In this document: positions 26,536 through 29,184 of the stretch, one piece after another
Numbering within the stretch: the first letter of the stretch is position 1
Layout of the letters: the number at the start of each line of letters is the position of its first letter
Assembly (NCBI GenBank): GCA_041577295.1
Contig: JBFGJG010000051.1
Location: forward strand, 1-29,184
DNA: 29,184 nucleotides
Reading direction: 5' to 3'
Origin: Gemmatimonadales bacterium
GTDB taxonomy: Bacteria; Gemmatimonadota; Gemmatimonadetes; Gemmatimonadales; GWC2-71-9
Made by a program: the position numbers and the translations under genes
The notes under the pieces: generated by a model
What the model saw: only the letters and a program-made list of their open reading frames with translations
What the model was told of the DNA's origin: nothing
The model's database searches: none

Positions 26536-27705
26536 TCAGTCGAACAGCAAGTTCTCGACGAACGTCTCGAGCTGGATCTCGAGGTGATCGAAGCTGCTCA
26601 TGTTCTCTTCGAACTCGCTCACGAAGTACGGAACGCCAGATCGATCCAGCGTGCGCGTATACACTACCTGCTCCTCGAGTCCTGGCTCGCACATCTTGGC
26701 CGCCGTCACGATGGCCGCCTGCGCGTCGGCACGTTCGATCCGTTCCAGCAGCATCCTTTCCTTGGGCTTGCGCAGGTCGTGTTGCACGGGGCTGTGCGAG
26801 GACCGTTCGATGTACGCTTCTGCCAGGTTATAGAGGGGATCCCCAGTGAGGGGAACGTCCTCCGTCAGCCACCGAAGTCCGATGAGCAGATCGTCGTCGA
26901 CGACGTAGCACGACCGACCGATCGTCCGGATCAAATCCAATGGTGGCTGCTCACAAAACCCACCCTCGAACACCACCCGAATCTTGTCCTGCTGCTTGGC
27001 CGGACGCGCTTTGATCTCCGGCAGGACGGCGCGGAGCAGCGCGTTGTGCTCCTCGCGGGGAATGAGACCCCCAACCGCAACCAGCACGTACGCTTCGTCA
27101 ATGGCCATGAGCCACGGCGCATCTCGCTTGATCGTATAAAGCTCGCGAAGCAGCTGCCGGTTCTCATTGAACACGGCGATCGAGGCGCGTAGGTCTTCAT
27201 TGCCGATCGTCCGGCCTGCGAGCTCTTCGATTGCATGCTGCAGCCGCAGGTATTCATCACGGAGGTAGGTGATGGTGTGAGCGGAGTTTGCATTCTGGGG
27301 CAAGTAGAGAATCTGACACGGATAGGGGAAGTTGCGTCCCCACACTCCAGCCAAGTTGCGAGCGGCATCGCAAATGGGATGGGTCACGAACATGTCGAGC
27401 TCGACGCGGCCGCTCAGCGCGAGCTCGAGCGACGTCTTCAGGATGGAACAGAGGTACGAGCCAAACCTGGAGTCCGACTGTACGGGCTCGATGGGTGCCC
27501 CGCGAATCTTGAACGGGAGCATGCCCGCGGCATGTGCGATTTCTTCCGGGAAGTACACCTGGAAGTGCCCGACCACCTTGCCACCCCGCTCCCGCCAGCG
27601 CGCGACGGTTGGGAACTTTGTGTCCTCCAGCAGCTCCCGACAGTGATACAGCGCTTCGTCGAGCGATTGACCCCGCCACTCCGGGAAGGTCAAGACGTCG
27701 CTCAT
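26536..27705 (-). CDS. bcrC: Benzoyl-CoA reductase subunit C
   Basis: Start ATG 27705 (ATGA overlap with dch), 389 aa; [48 protein letters not shown]. Confidence 0.85.
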   Translation of the reverse strand: MSDVLTFPEWRGQSLDEALYHCRELLEDTKFPTVARWRERGGKVVGHFQVYFPEEIAHAAGMLPFKIRGAPIEPVQSDSRFGSYLCSILKTSLELALSGRVELDMFVTHPICDAARNLAGVWGRNFPYPCQILYLPQNANSAHTITYLRDEYLRLQHAIEELAGRTIGNEDLRASIAVFNENRQLLRELYTIKRDAPWLMAIDEAYVLVAVGGLIPREEHNALLRAVLPEIKARPAKQQDKIRVVFEGGFCEQPPLDLIRTIGRSCYVVDDDLLIGLRWLTEDVPLTGDPLYNLAEAYIERSSHSPVQHDLRKPKERMLLERIERADAQAAIVTAAKMCEPGLEEQVVYTRTLDRSGVPYFVSEFEENMSSFDHLEIQLETFVENLLFD

Positions 27706-28457
27706 TGGTGACTCCACACGGGTTCCCGCTTCTCGAGAAAGGCGTGTAAGCCTTCTAATGCGTCTTCCGTATCCATCAACGACTCGACATACGCCGTCGT
27801 GGCCTCGTGGAACACGCTCACCCGCTCGGGTTCAGCATCGCGGAGCGTCTGCTTGGCGATGCGCAGGGCCGCGCCGCTGTTGCGCGCAATGCGATGGGCA
27901 AGCGTCAATGCGGCTTGCTCCAGCGCACCATCCTGCACGACCTCGGTGACGATCCCGGCTGCGCGTGCTTCTCGCGCGCCGAGAGCGTCACCGGTGTACA
28001 CGAGGCGGGCGGCGTTTCCTCGGCTGGTCAAGATCGGAAGCAGTGCACAAGCGGCGGGTGGGAACACACCCAGGCGGATCTCCGGTTGACCAAACGAGGC
28101 ACTCGCTTCAGCCACCACAATGTCGGCCGCAAGCACCATCTCGAGACCACCACCAAGGCAGCGTCCCTGCACGGCGGCGATCACAGGCAGTGGGAAGAAG
28201 TTGAGCGTCCTAACCGTCATCATGAATTCCGGTATGAGATCGCCCGCGTGCGGTGGTAAGTGCTCCTCAACGGAGGCACCGGCCGAGAAGTGTTTGCCCT
28301 CACCGGAAACCACCAGGACGCGAAGTTCCGGATCGTGACTCAGCTCCTCGAGCGCGTTGCGGATCTCGCAGAGCAGATCCCGTGTCAGGACGTTCACCGG
28401 AGGGTTGCTCCAGATGATGCGACCTACTCCATCTGCTACGCTGGTGCGCAAAGGCAT
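27702..28457 (-). CDS. dch: Cyclohexa-1,5-diene-1-carbonyl-CoA hydratase (crotonase family)
   Basis: 251 aa; [33 protein letters not shown] and [13 protein letters not shown], as in Dch. Directly upstream of bcrC. Confidence 0.85.
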   Translation of the reverse strand: MPLRTSVADGVGRIIWSNPPVNVLTRDLLCEIRNALEELSHDPELRVLVVSGEGKHFSAGASVEEHLPPHAGDLIPEFMMTVRTLNFFPLPVIAAVQGRCLGGGLEMVLAADIVVAEASASFGQPEIRLGVFPPAACALLPILTSRGNAARLVYTGDALGAREARAAGIVTEVVQDGALEQAALTLAHRIARNSGAALRIAKQTLRDAEPERVSVFHEATTAYVESLMDTEDALEGLHAFLEKREPVWSHQ

Positions 28458-28460
28458 TAT

Positions 28461-29174
28461 TTAGGCAACCTCCCCCAAGAGTTGACCCCCATCTACCGGT
28501 AAGACCGCCCCTGTGATGAACCCGGCTTCCGGGCTCACGAGGAAGCGAACGGCTGCCGCGACGTCAGCCGGAGTTCCCGCACGGCACAATGGAGTGCGAG
28601 CTACCGCCCGCTCTCTCAGCTCATTGGTCAAGGACTGCGTCATGGGGGTTTCGATGAAGCCGGGCGTGACGACATTCACAGTGACACGATCGCGGGCCAG
28701 CTCCAGCGCCAACGAGCGCGCCAGCCCAACGAGGCCCGCCTTCGAGGCGGCGTAGTTGGTTTGCCCAAACCGTCCACGCGTGCCGTTGATGGATCCGATG
28801 AACACGAGACGACCGACGGACGAGCGTCGCAGAAATGGGGTGGCGGCTCGGGCGGTGTTGAACACACCCGTGAGATTGACCGCAATGACGGATTGCCACT
28901 CGTCATCGGTCAACTTCCAACTCACACGATCGCGGATGATACCCGCAGCGCAGACGACCCAATCGAGCGCGCCGTGCTCGTTGGCGATCGCCGTCACCGC
29001 CTGACCAACCGCTGACGCGTTGGCGACATCCACGTCGATCAATCGCACACCACCCGGGAGCGCGTCCTGCGTGTCGCGGTCGAGGCCCACCACGGTTGCC
29101 ACGCTCGACAGGGAGCCCACGATGGCCCGACCGATACCTCCGGCCGCACCGGTTACGACAGCAACTGGCCGCAT
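28461..29174 (-). CDS. SDR oxidoreductase (FabG/3-oxoacyl-CoA reductase-like)
   Basis: TGAAGGIG, AGIIRD, GQTNYAASK, PGFIETPM, VDGG. The frame is open to the window edge, so the start may lie further upstream. Confidence 0.88.
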   Translation of the reverse strand: MRPVAVVTGAAGGIGRAIVGSLSSVATVVGLDRDTQDALPGGVRLIDVDVANASAVGQAVTAIANEHGALDWVVCAAGIIRDRVSWKLTDDEWQSVIAVNLTGVFNTARAATPFLRRSSVGRLVFIGSINGTRGRFGQTNYAASKAGLVGLARSLALELARDRVTVNVVTPGFIETPMTQSLTNELRERAVARTPLCRAGTPADVAAAVRFLVSPEAGFITGAVLPVDGGQLLGEVA

Positions 29175-29184
29175 GCGCCGCAGA

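Overview
High-GC bacterial window; the gene content (Hanks-type Ser/Thr kinases with TolB-N/TPR tails, ADOP permease, PQQ dehydrogenase, porin-family barrels) looks Gemmatimonadota-like, which is inference only. Left part (1-20.7 kb): signalling and envelope genes, namely three kinases, an ABC permease, two ~72%-identical secreted 252-aa paralogues, a truncated haloperoxidase relic, outer-membrane proteins and a PQQ dehydrogenase. Almost every sizeable intergenic gap here holds one copy of an unannotated repeat element: two inverted arms of 7-bp tandem units (GAGTGCA/GATTGCA ... ACTCTGC/AATCTGC) around an oriented conserved core, roughly TGTARMGGAATGYTGATC. There are eight complete copies and one solo arm, most touch a stop codon, and one copy is present versus nearly absent between duplicated loci. 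Right part (20.7-29.2 kb, minus strand): a tightly coupled anaerobic benzoyl-CoA pathway cluster (SDR, dch, bcrC, bcrB, short bcrA, bcrD, small CxxC protein, had), followed by a FabF-like ketosynthase in which both catalytic histidines are substituted. No rRNA, tRNA, CRISPR array or transposase was seen.
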